This document shows positions 37,001 through 49,600 of a DNA stretch of 64,000 nt, piece after piece; within the stretch, counting starts at the first letter, position 1; each line of letters starts with the position of its first letter. This DNA is from Haliotis rufescens. Lineage: Eukaryota. Made by a program: the position numbers and the translations under genes. The notes below the pieces were generated by a model, which was not told the origin of the DNA, searched no databases, and saw only the letters and a program-made list of their open reading frames with translations. Location: the NCBI RefSeq assembly GCF_023055435.1, contig NW_025963779.1, positions 10,540,001 through 10,604,000 on the forward strand. The letters are read 5' to 3'.

Positions 37001-40000
37001 ATGACACAGATTATATGTACTAAGTTTGAGATGAATCCCCTGAATAGTTTTAGAGAAATTGCGCGAACAAAATTTTCGGACGGACAGACAGACAGACGGA
37101 CGGAACCTTGGTTTAACTATATACCCCGACATTTTGTCAGGGGTATAATAATCATGTGTATCAGTATCAACAATCATGTGTATCAGTATAAGTGAGTGAG
37201 TGAGTATGGTTTTACGCCGCTTTTATCAGCCAGCAATATCACGGCGGGGCGGGCTTCACACATTGTACCAATGTCGGGAATCGAACCCGGGTCTTCTGCG
37301 TGATGAGCGAACGTTTTAACCACTAGGCTACCCGACCGCCCTTGTATCAGTATAAACAATCATGTGTATCAGTATAAACAATCATGTGTATCAGTATAAA
37401 CAATCATGTGTATCAGTATAAACAATCACTTGTATCAGTATAAACAATCATGTGTATCAGTATAAACAATCGCGTGTATCAGTATTAACAATCACTTGTA
37501 TCAGTATTAACAATCCTGTGTATCAGTTTTAACAATCACGTGTATCAGTATAAACAATGATGTGTATCAGTATAAACAATGATGTGTATCAGTATAAACA
37601 ATCGCATGTATCAGTATTAACAATCAAGTGTATCAGTATTAACAATCAAGTGTTTTGGTATTAACAATCATGTGTATCAGTTTTAACAATCCTGTGTATC
37701 AGTATTAACAATCATGTGTATCAGTTTTAACAATCCTGTGTATCAGTTTTAACAATCACGTGTATCAGTATAAACAATGATGTGTATCAGTATAAACAAT
37801 GATGTGTATCAGTATTAACAATCAAGTGTATCAGTATTAACAATCACGTGTATCAGTATTAAGAATCACGTGTATCAGTATTAACAATCATGTGTATCAG
37901 TATTAACAATCATGTCTGTCAGTATTAACAATCACGTGTATCAGTATTAACAATCACGTGAATCAGTATTAACAATCAAGTGTTTCGGTATTAACAATCA
38001 CATGTATCAGTATTAACAATCACATGAATCAGTATTAACAATCAAGTGTTTCGGTATTAACAATCATGTGTATCAGTAATAACAATCAAGTGTATCGGTA
38101 TTAACAATCCTGTGTATCAGTATTAACAATCAAGTGTATCAGTATTAAAAATCATGTGTATTAGTTATAACAATCATGTGTATAAGTATTAACAATCAAG
38201 TGTATCGGTATTAACAATCCCGTGTATCAGTATTAACAATCATGTGTATCAGTAATAACAATCATGTGTATCAGTATAAACAATGATGTGTATCAGTATT
38301 AACAATCATGTCTGTCGGAATAACAATCACGTGTATCAGTATTAACAATCATGTCTGTCAGTATTAATAATCACGTGTATCAATATTAACAATAGTGTAT
38401 CAGTATGAACAATCAAGTGTTTCGGTATTAACAATCACGTGTATCAGTATTAACAATCAAGTGTATCAGTATTAAAAATCATGTGTATTAGTTATAACAA
38501 TCATGTGTATAAGTATTAACAATCAAGTGTATCAGTATTAACAATCCTGTGTATCAGTATTAACAATCATGTGTATCAGTAATAACAATCATGTGTATCA
38601 GTATTAACAGTCATGTGTATCAGTATTAACAATCACATTATCTCACCTTGATGTCATTGTCAATCCCCCCAGAGAAGATTTGTTCAGCTGTGTCGTTGAA
38701 ACTGACGGCTGTTACCTGGTATGTGTTCTGAAACGTCTGTATCACACCCTTCTTTCTGGCATCCCACAACTGGAACATAGCAACAGCACTGTACACATCT
38801 CCAACACCAATCTCCACAACAGCTGGCTATCTGAAGCTTGGAACTCAATTAGACAATCTATCAAAGTACAAAGTATACACAATGATATTCATGTAGTGAA
38901 TGTTGTTCTACGGTGCCTTTCAATAAGGTGAGGGGGTCTTGAACAAAATGCTAGTAAAGTGCTTTTCTGGCTTCATTAAATAAATACGAATCATGGGGCT
39001 ATGAAAATTAGCACACCGTATTCGACATAATAAGCGCCCCGCTCTAATAAGCGCCCATGGCGATATTTGCTAATATATTTACTAGTGAACAATCCCAATT
39101 AGCACCCCTTCCGATTGATCAATGTACACAAGACTTATTGATTCGTGTATAATACTCACTCGTGTGTTATATGCACCCTTGACTGTGGGCAATTAAATTC
39201 TAGAAAATATATCTCTCGTGTATGATACGTACATACTTTTCTTTTGTATCATTTCAAGCTGTCAGCATAAACTACTGTACGAAATTTACAATTTTTCAAC
39301 TCTGCTTTTGTTCTCACCAAAATTATATTCTAATAAGAGCCCACTATTTCCAATTTTGAGAGCGCCCCAGGCGCTTAATACGTCGAATACGGTATATATC
39401 AAAATAATGCACTACCTAATCTAGCCTATCCTAAATGACACTGTGAGATTTATGATAAACTTAGAAAATATTTGTGTTGTCATGCTCGGCCTAGGCAGGG
39501 TAGCAACAAGTACCATCTCTACTGTCTTTTGGTTTTATGCGGCCAGGGAATCAAACTACTGACATTCTGCTCTCCATGGAGATGCTCCATCCACTAGACT
39601 ACGGCGGCGGTCCCGGTACAAGACAAAATACAAACAAGTATCACCAGCCATCCTTGAATATCCAGTGTATATATCCATACTTGTGTTGAGTGTCTATGAC
39701 ATACCCTTGACCAATTTGCTACCTTAGCTTCGGTCAGGATGTTTCAGAACATCTCTCACTTATGTGTGTGATTTGATTGGGTATTTGTAGTGTCATGTCA
39801 GTCAAACCAGACTAATTCATAACAGAGCTAGTAGTGGTAGTATCCACATTTTCCAAATGCAAGGGAATTAACTGACTATAAAAGTCGAGTTTCCATACTT
39901 GCCAATTTGTTCATAGAACCACCAGTGGCTATTACGAGTTATGACCCTTCATATCACTAGCATTTGCTTGAAACAAATAGCCGCCTAGTCAACACGTCCT

Positions 40001-42224
40001 GATCGATAATCAAGATCATTATTGTAATAAAATGAGTCTTATCTCGTGAAGTGCAACAAATCACTTGAGCATGTTCATTAAAAGCATGAAAAGATTTGGA
40101 AAATATCTGTCGATGCCCAGTTGGGGTTACATATGTTTTGCAAATCATGCAATTGACTTAAATCTGCACTACAGTTGCCATGTTGTTTACAAACCAGATG
40201 TTGATTTTTTCCCACAATTTATGATTGGACTATGCACCGAATTTTTGGGACAGGCAAACTAAAACTAAGAAATTCCATCCTAGTGTGGCAAGAGTTTTGT
40301 TTGTTTGCTGTTTAACGCTGCACTCAGCAATACTCCAGATATGATGGTGGTCTATAAATAATCGATTCTGGACCAGACAATCCAGTGACTGACATGGTGA
40401 GCATCGATCAGCGCAATTGTGATACGATGACATGCATCAACCAGGTCGAGAGCCTTACCACCCACTCCCATTAGTCGCCTTTCATGGCAAGCATATGGGT
40501 TGCTGAGGATCTAGTCACCCAGGATCATCATGGGTCTTGGCAAGGGTGGAAAATGGACATAGTCAGTTCTCTCCCTTGCCTCGGGAGGACGTAGGGTGCA
40601 GAGCACTTATGTTAATAGAATGGATATGATACACTGGATAAGTGAGGTTCCACACAAGCTTACTTTGACTGTTCCATCATCACTTCCTGTGCACACCAGC
40701 TGTGGACCCCTTCTTGCAGGATTACAAGAGTTGACAAACGTCTGGTGACCTTTCAACTTGCGTATACGTGTTCCTGAATCAACATCCCACACTGCACCTG
40801 TCTTGTCCGTTGATACAGTGAACAGCATTCTAGATGGACATGAAGGAGTAAATGTAAACAACTGACAGAATGGGACGACATTTGCCTCATCATTTGAAGA
40901 ACTATGTAGCTGAATGTTGTGTAAGCTGGGATTGATCTAGGTATTCCGAGGTTAATATTCCGCTACAAACTTGTAGCAAATGCCATCCAAATTCCCAAAT
41001 TGGAATCAAAACCATTCAGGTAATTATACTTATACTTAGCATAATAGCTTTGTGAAAGCAACACTGACCTGATGGCTGATGGTTAATCATAATATATCCT
41101 AATAATTGCAAGTAACAATTTCACACATTTACCCTCCATCTGTGGAAAATTCTAAATCCATCACAGCTCCTGTGTGTCCTTTCAATACTGTGAAGTTCTC
41201 ACATTCCCCATATACTGTCCAAAAATCTGGAAATAAATGAAGAAGCACAATATAAAATATTTCTTGGTCCTGATTTTGAACTGATACATGAAAGTTTAGC
41301 AATAGTGTTATGGTTATCAGGTTATACCATGTTACACTGACATGTAGTATGACAGAAAAGTCCTTGCATCAAAAGATAGCTTGTCAGATATTTTCACAGC
41401 TAACATGTTAATTTGCTAACAGTATGCTGGAGAGCCTTTACATTATGTTTGATGATGATTTTTCAATGTGAATAAATGATTTTAATGGTATTTCAAATAA
41501 AAATTTCCACAAAACAAAAACAGCAGTCTTTCAATGCTCAAATTACTCACATATGAGCCTGTCAAACCCTGATGAAGCAATTAACTGCCCATCTGGAGAG
41601 AATTTGGCTGTAAATATTTCTCCCTCATGGCCTGTAAGCAGCATGATTGGCCCATCAAGACTAGATGTCCGAGGTGGACCCTGGCCCGAATAAACAAACA
41701 GAAAACTATGTTAACATCATTAAATATGTTTCTTCCAATTTTATTGTTGAGTAGAACTAGAAACACATTTCAGCCTGCAGTTTACAACCACAGTTATTTA
41801 TCTATCATTTTTCTGAGGAAGGCAAAAATATCTTTCCCATTTCATGCCTGTGCCAGGTAAAGTGATATCGTCAGTACTGATTCACTTCAGAATTTCATGA
41901 CACAGCACTGACAACAATATGGTTATGACAAAGAATAGTTTTCTTCAATACGAAGGGTTAATATACACTTTTCACCAATCTATATCCTAATTGTTTTCTT
42001 TCTAAAAACAAAATTACATTAACAGTGCAGTATGAAAACTAAATATAACAGGAGGGGAGACAATCCGCATACAGATATGGTCGGGCCGGTTTTCACGATC
42101 AACTTACATTCTGACTCTGTAGCAAAGCACCGTTCGTGTCGCCATCTGCTAAGACGACTTCATTTCCACGTGCCCGTTTAACGGGCACCAAAGCTCCATC
42201 CATTGCCTTTCTCTTGTGGTCCAT
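34038..42224 (-). CDS. SNRNP40: U5 snRNP 40 kDa WD40 protein (349 aa, 9 exons)
   Basis: complement(join(34038..34087,34614..34779,35472..35554,36592..36712,38647..38769,40664..40829,41133..41226,41551..41680,42108..42224)) = 1050 nt. Motifs [59 protein letters not shown] and terminal [12 protein letters not shown]. Confidence 0.96.
35921..36512. repeat. 24-bp minisatellite, ~25 copies, SNRNP40 intron
   Basis: Unit AAACAAGCATGGGATACTGG(CA/GG)AT; explains the 8-aa-periodic ORFs in the track. Confidence 0.97.
36841..37150 (-). mobile_element. Helentron-associated non-autonomous element (DINE-1/HINE architecture)
   Basis: On the - strand: TTATACCCC sub-TIR with a nearby inverted copy, (GTCY)n microsatellite, 3' GGGGTATT, hairpin AGTGAGCCACGCTCACT and CTTGTT end. 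Confidence 0.75.
37148..38636. repeat. 22-bp minisatellite, ~60 copies, interrupted by a SINE at 37192-37342
   Basis: Unit TGTATCAGTAT(T/A)AACAATCATG. Confidence 0.97.
39016..39392. mobile_element. Tc1/mariner-pogo type MITE
   Basis: TIRs CCGTATTCGACATAATAAGCGCC / GGCGCTTAATACGTCGAATACGG followed by TA. Confidence 0.75.
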
Positions 42225-43040
42225 GTTTACTATTTACTTTTGAAACGACAGAATCACGCTTCTTTTCAAACCGGAAGTTTATACATTAGGACATGCGCAT
42301 CTCACTTTCGGGAACCTGCAGCGCTATAGAGTATTTCAAAGTTTGTTGCGTGGAATTGGAAGTCTTGAGTATCCGAATGGAAAACAAACACAAACGCCAA
42401 ACATTTATTTTATTCGCTCGGACACCCACTCAGTAAACATCCACTCGATGTCATACTCAGCTCCCCGCCGAAGCGTCATTTAAAAACAAAATCATTATTA
42501 TATATATGCATGTTACCAGAGACCATATATTTATGGTCTCTGATGTTACCTTTTAGAGGGGTGTATTATGATCGGGGTCATACTACAAAATGCCATACAA
42601 AGTCAAAAACATTCAGTAGCGTTCGTCAATACGAATGAGACCTAGTGTATTAATCAGTTCATAAATTAAATAATAATTTGCAGAAGTGTGCAATTACTAT
42701 ATATGTTACTAACCTAGTTGGTTACAAAACGCGAAAATTACCAAATCACACAATGTAACCCCCCTGTCCTCCGAAAAAAATATTGATTGTGGCTTTGAGT
42801 TTAAAAGTAAATTCTAGCCCTATTTTTACAGCCTGGCTTGGGATTCTCACCATGCCCATGACCAGCTCACTGGCCTGAACACACACTATCATAGCGGGAT
42901 ATTAGCAGATTAGCCGAGAACAGACTATAGAGATCAAAGCGCCCTCTTACGGAAAGGTTTGGCGTCATCCTGGCGGATATGAAATAATTTTCGTGAATTC
43001 TGCGGCCAGTTTTAATCATATCAGTACAACACACTGTCCG
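42225..43040. promoter_or_regulatory. Bidirectional promoter SNRNP40/SRRT with probable non-coding SRRT exon 1 ending at 43040
   Basis: CCGGAAGT (ETS-like, 42271) and CATGCGCAT (NRF1-like, ~42292). Donor ccg|gtaaat at 43040. The SRRT ATG exon starts at an acceptor (43593), so an upstream exon is required. Confidence 0.5.
42517..42542. mobile_element. 26-bp CAGAGA...TCTCTG inverted-repeat remnant with 7-bp TSD (P-element-like footprint)
   Basis: ATGTTAC|CAGAGACCATATATTTATGGTCTCTG|ATGTTAC. Confidence 0.75.
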
Positions 43041-43600
43041 GTAAATTGTAAACAACAATGCGATTAAATCAACAGTTTGTTGACTGCCAACAATATAAAC
43101 ATAAATGGTCAAATTGTTAGCCACTGTGCACAAAATCTCTTGTCCCAGGTCAGGCACTGAAACCCCTTTCATCCCTGTTCTCAATGAAATACTTTTGTTC
43201 ATGATCGATGCCATTTCCTGCCAACTTATGTTTGCATAATACCCCAAGAGAATATTTAATGTATTGTGTACAAACGTGCTTACCCCGGTATGCAAGAAGG
43301 TACAACTGGACGTTTTCAGAAATACACATTTTTACCATCACCCCTAACCCCCACCATATAGGCTGTTGGTGTGTGTGTGTGTTCATCATCATCTAGATTG
43401 TATGTCCTTCAATATTTCCTCTTTCCGAGCATAACTTAAAGACTGAATGATTTTTCTTCTAATCCTTGTACATGTATTAACCATTGTCTGAAGTGACTTT
43501 TGCTATTGTGTGGTCAGGGGGATTGTGATTTTCTGATGACTCTTGTTCCATTAGTTTGGATCACTCTTGAAATGACAAGTTTCTTCTTCCAGGGTATAAG

Positions 43601-46600
43601 ATGGGTGACAGTGAGGATGAATATGATACACGAAGGAAAGGAAGAGACAAATTTCGACGGGAGAGAAATGATTATGATCGTCGAGATGATCGAAGAAGAG
43701 AGAACTGGGACCATGACAGGTGAGACTAATGATCTCACGTTTCTTCAATGGACAAATGTTTACATTGTTATGACATTCTAACTGGGGAATCTAGGAGAGA
43801 ATAATTTCCAACGAACCAGTCATATACATCAGGATGGTATAGAATATAAACATGCTTATTGATTAGGGGATGTTTGCAAAAGGGACACACTTCTAAACAG
43901 CAGCAAAGTCTTATTACAAAATCTTAGTCATGACAACATACACAAGTGTCACTAATGATCAAAGGCAGCGTTTGAAATTGACTCTAGTCCTGTTGTCCTT
44001 GATGAACTGGTGAATAGTTAAGGTATCATAAGGGCTAGTAGAAATTTGCCCTTTTTTATGGCTTTGTTATGTAATATCATAATAAGGACTAGTGACTAAA
44101 ACTGTTAGTTTCTATCGCTGATAGGTCAATCAACACGGAATCGAAGTATGTATTACAAAACTTAGTAAAGACAACACACACAGGTTTCATTGTTGATCAA
44201 AGTTTATTGTACATTTTGTTAACTCTTTTGATTAATGAAATAAAATTAGCCAACAAATGGAAACTAACACTTTTTGTTTTTTATGTTTGTACTTTTTCAT
44301 GTGGCCCTTTGAATTTGTAGTGTGACCCTTTTGACTTTTTAGTGTGGCTGTGTTGACTCGGGTCTCTCTGGCTCTTTTGACATGTGGCCTTTTTTCACTT
44401 GTGCCTGATGTTACAAGGTTGCACAGTTAGATGGAATGATTTCCTCTTGGTTGTGAGGTTTCTGCTTGTGTGTCATCATACACTGATACTTTTGTCCACT
44501 GGTTTCAAACACTTGATTATTTTAGTGATCATAATGTAATTATTAATCTCATAATTTTAGACGAGGTTCTGGTGGCCGATCACGTGATGCATGGAGCAGT
44601 AGAAGTAACCGTGACAACAGACGTGATCCATATGGGCGAGATTATGAGCCTCGTCGAAGAGAGAGGTTCAGCCCAACACGTCATGACATGAGCCCTCCCC
44701 ATGCTAAGCGTATGCGGAGAGACTGGTAAATAAACCTGTTTGTGACTACAGTTGGCTAATACTGACAGAGTAACCACTTCAGAATATGTCAGAATGTATT
44801 TTTCTCTCTCCTTACATTGTTTGAAATTAAGAACGCAAGTCAAGGGATCTTTGTCATAACTCTTATGTGAAAGTGTACAGATTGAGGGTCACTACTATAG
44901 AACCAAACCTCAAGGACCCTAGGGACCCCATTAATTGTTAACACTGTCATAGACATTGGTACTTTCTCTCAATGTGATTTTTTTAATTGGTTTAGTTAAA
45001 TCCACAATCTGCAATAAATTGAAAGTGAAAAAAAAGACCTGAAATGTACTTTTTGTTTTTGATTGAAATCTCTTTTTATGTTAGTTTCCCCAACTACCAT
45101 CCAGGATTTTTCTTAAAAAAAGTCCACAATCCAAAGAAGAAAAATCTGGCCTTAACCATGTTAACAGCTGCCTGTGATATGTCGTATTGTGATATGAAGT
45201 TGATAAATATTACCAGTATTCCAAATGTTGTATTGGGTGCATTAATCTGCACCTTGTAGAACTTTTCAAATACTTCTTCCATGTGTGACTTACAATATAT
45301 ATATGCTACTCAAAAGAAGTTAAAGAACACCCAATTTGTTCATATGACTATAGTTATTCTGTCATGGCTGGTGGTCATTGCAAAACACAGCCTTCCAATT
45401 GTGGGTGTTCTTTAACTTCTTGTGAGTAGTATATATATATACAGTGACACCCCGTCTATCCAGACATTTTTACTGTTCTCCGAATAAAGGAATCCTGGGT
45501 ACAGAGTAATGTCCCTTTATGTATTTAGCCATTCCCCTAAATAATCGACAGAAGATTATGTCAGAACTAGTTGGGTCTGGACTTATGGGTTTGTCACCAT
45601 ATAATAAGCCACTGAATAAAAAACCCAGAAAAAACCTATATGGAGTAAACATAGAAATCATCCTCCAACCTCAGAATACTAGTTTAAGGACATGTTATGT
45701 GTTGATTTATGTAATTATCTATCATCTATCCAAAAAAGAAATCTGAAATGTATTCCTTTCCTGTTTATGACCCATGTCTACATTGTCAGGGATGGAGGAG
45801 GCGGAGGTGGTGGGGGAGGGGGAGGAGGCGGAGGAGGAGGGGGTGGGGGCGGAGGCGGAGGGTATGGAAGCCACTATGACATGCCTTACGGAGGAGGGCC
45901 AATGCATGGTGGAGGGGGCCACCCACACCATGAAGGCACCTGGGGACCTGGCCCAGAAATCGCAAGCATCCAAGGTCCGCCACAGCAGCAGGGAGGCTTC
46001 GGCAATGTACCCAACCAGGGAAGGTCAGTAATAGGACAGTGTTAGAAATTGGAACTAGTCCTTGCCAAACTGCCCAATAGTTAAGGTATCATAAGGACTA
46101 GAAGAAATTTGCCATTATTGAGGGTTTTACTATAGGTTATCATCACAAGGACTAGTTTCTGTCACTGTAGGACCAATCAGAATGTTAGTTACATGTTGCA
46201 TATTGCATGACAGTTAAAAAATAATGCATAAGAGTCATGCTTTGACCTAATGGTGTGCAAGACTTGTTCGTCTTCCAGATAAATTTATCTGGATCATATT
46301 CATACTATACCTAAAAATGTCTGTATTTTCTCTGTCTCAAGTATTCACATGAAACGTCTGTAGCTATTTGCATACAAGGACCAAAACAGTACATATGCAT
46401 GAAAGTGTTATCTGCAAGGAAAGTACAGGGATAACAGGCTTGGATAAACAAAGGTTCATCTTTTGATTGGTCATTGTTGTTGTCTGTGACTTTTGTTGGT
46501 CAGAGACAAGTCACAAACGTGACAAGAATATTATCAAACATGGACTGGGGCAGTCGGGTAGCCTAGTGGTTAAAGCATTTGCTTGTCATGCGGAAGACCT

Positions 46601-49600
46601 GGGTTCGATTCCCAGCATGGGTACAATGTGTGAAGCCCATTTCTGGTGTCCCCCGCCATGATATTGCTGGAATATTGCTGTAAGCGGCATAAAACCATAT
46701 TTACTCCCACACTTACTCAAACATTGACTAGAATGTGAACGAGTTATACCACAACACATAACACAACATAAATAATATCACTCACTATTTGCTCCTGGTA
46801 TATCCTTTATTTTCAGGGGGCACGGGTGGCCCAGTTGTCTAAGGCGCCGCCATTTGCTGTGCAGATTTGCTTCCCTTGGGCACGCCAGAAACCTATGATT
46901 GTGGGTTCGAATCCCGGTTCGCCCCAATTATGTTTCTAGGTTTGTCAGCACCATACCCGTGCTCGTGGGTTTCACCGAAGTGGTAAACGTCTGAGACCTG
47001 CATCACTTGGGGCTTTCCTCCCACATTAAGCTGACACGCCGTGATATAACTGGAATAATGTTAAAAGCGGCGTTAAACCCAACTCACTCACTCACTCTTT
47101 TGTTTTCATTGATGAGTTGGAAGTTTTTGCCTGTTGCATCAAAGTTACCTTCTTGTACACAGTGTCATACAAACTTATGTTTCATTGAGGAACTTGGGAA
47201 CTTAAACTCGCAAAATTATGTAATCTGTCCATCCGAACTACAGATTAACACTTGTGACATACTTGTTTCTGGTCTAACAAAAGTATGATGCAAGGAGACA
47301 GGTTTGGACTTCATGATGACAGCATGGTTTGAAACCTTGTTGATGTTTTGGTTTGGAGCCTGTTAAAAACTTCATTGATATTTTGACGTGGGAGGATCCG
47401 GGTTAGAATTGGTCTTCAACAACCCATGCTTGTCATAAGAGGCTACTAACAAGATTGGTGATCAGGCTTGCTGACTTGGTTGATGCATGTCATCATATCC
47501 TACTTGTGTAAATCGATGCTCATGATGTCAATCTGTGGATTGTCTGGTCCAGACCCGATTATTTACAGACCACAGTCACATAGCTTGAATATTGTTGAGT
47601 GTGGCGTTTCAACAACAAACAAAGAAGAAAGTTTGATGTTTTACTGTTTGCAGAATGGATGTGGACTACCCGACCCAGCCCTCGATGATGACGTTCAAGC
47701 AGTACCTCACACAGCAAGATGATAACATTAATGACCAAGATGCTATCAAGAAATATAATGAATACAAACAGGATTTCAAGAAAATTCAGATTAATGAGTT
47801 CTTTCTTGCCCACAAAGAAGAGGAATGGTATGTAGCTTTGGGTGTCTGGTCAACCTTCGACTCGAAACTAAATATGAGTCCTTGCATTATTTTATCAATT
47901 ATATGAATAATTGAGATTGATATATTGACTGTACAAAATGCATTTTGTGGTTGGAAGAAAAGTTTCATTTGAGTAAAGGTTTTGGATGAATTTCTAGAAA
48001 AATTCCTAAATTGCTATTTCAATCTGTTATATTACATGAGACAATGATGGTGACAATCCAAGGGATATATCACACACCTGGATTATGTTATCCTATATGT
48101 AGTTGATAACTGTTGAAATCTGTCGAAGTTGTATTCATAAATGAACATTGATGCATATCGAAGCAAATGGTAATGCTATGAATTTGTTTGTGTAATCTCT
48201 TTGAAAAATCACTTAGAAGATTGTTCAATTTGTAAGAATATTGTTTATTTTATGTTTGTAAAGGGGATCAGGTTTATTGATATAAATCAGAGCATGATCA
48301 CTATTTCATATTTCATGTACATTCAAAATTTGGGTTGCTTTTATTGTCCATGTTCGCGAATTCAGTAAACCCACATATATGCTGCCTGATTCCCTTTACT
48401 TATTATATTAACTTACTTTTTCACCCCCTATAAAGGAGCTGGGTTGCTATGGTGAATAATGCAATGACCTATCACTGGCCTGCTATGAAAATGAGATAGC
48501 CAATCACAAGAACCCTTTCACCGGAGCATGGATTTAGCTTAGGGTACTGCGCACAATGCAGTCTTTAGTTGATGAAAGTGTTAGGCATAGTGTAAGGTTC
48601 GTGAAAATATGTCATCGGAAATATTGTGACCGAAATATTACATTCCCGGGAATCACCAGTGTATGGTGGTGTCTACGTTGCAAGCAGGTAATTTCTGGTA
48701 AATACGATGGCTTCTGTTGCAGGTGAATCACCAACATGTATATTTTTGTTAACACAATGTTATGCCTATACAATGATGTGTTCTATTAAGTATGAAGACT
48801 TTGCGATTGATCATCTGTAAAGGCATAATGCTTGACGTTAAGCTAATGTTCTTTTTCAGATTATGTCCATAAGTCATGTTTTGATCTATGTTGATTGACG
48901 AACAAATTTCTAAAGGAGCATTAGTTTTACAATAATTATGTTTCATTTGAACATGTGTTGAAGAGAATAATCGATTAACTTCATCTTATTGAAGACCAAA
49001 AAGTGATCCTTCAGCTAATGAATTCTTGAATAAATAGGTGTTGCTATTCGGATGAAGCACTTGGGAACCTTAGAAACTGATGTTATGTTGAAATGTATTT
49101 AATTATATGTGATTTTTTAGGAATAGCTTCAATATTACAGATTTCAATGTGTCACTAAGGATCACCATTTTGATTTTAGAAACACAGATTTTGCAATGTT
49201 CACAGTTGTCTGTAAGAGTAATTGGGTTACTTGAGGCTTTTTCTCAAAGGAAGGAATGTGAAAGGCTTAATGGACTCATGTACAGTGTTTTATTTCTGGT
49301 TTGTTTTACTTGATAGGTTCAAACTGAAATACCATCCTGAAGAATGTGAGAAGCGTCAAGATGAAGTCAGAATGGCTTTGTTGAAAAGGTTGAGGGTTTT
49401 CACTGAACTGATGCAGCAAGATCGTTTAGAAAGCATCATGCTGGACATTGATAACACAGAAGACATCATTAAAGTGCTAGATGCAGGTAAGATGGTTGTA
49501 ATGGGCTTTTACATACATTGACTAGTTATATAGACACTGACATTGACATTGACACAGGTAGACTGTTTGCATCACCAACTCATTCTCTTTCTAATTGCCA

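Noticed and set aside
37148-38636. CRISPR-like regular repeats (also 53375-53711 and 57766-58070)
   Set aside because: Head-to-tail units with no unique spacers, no cas genes, eukaryotic context.
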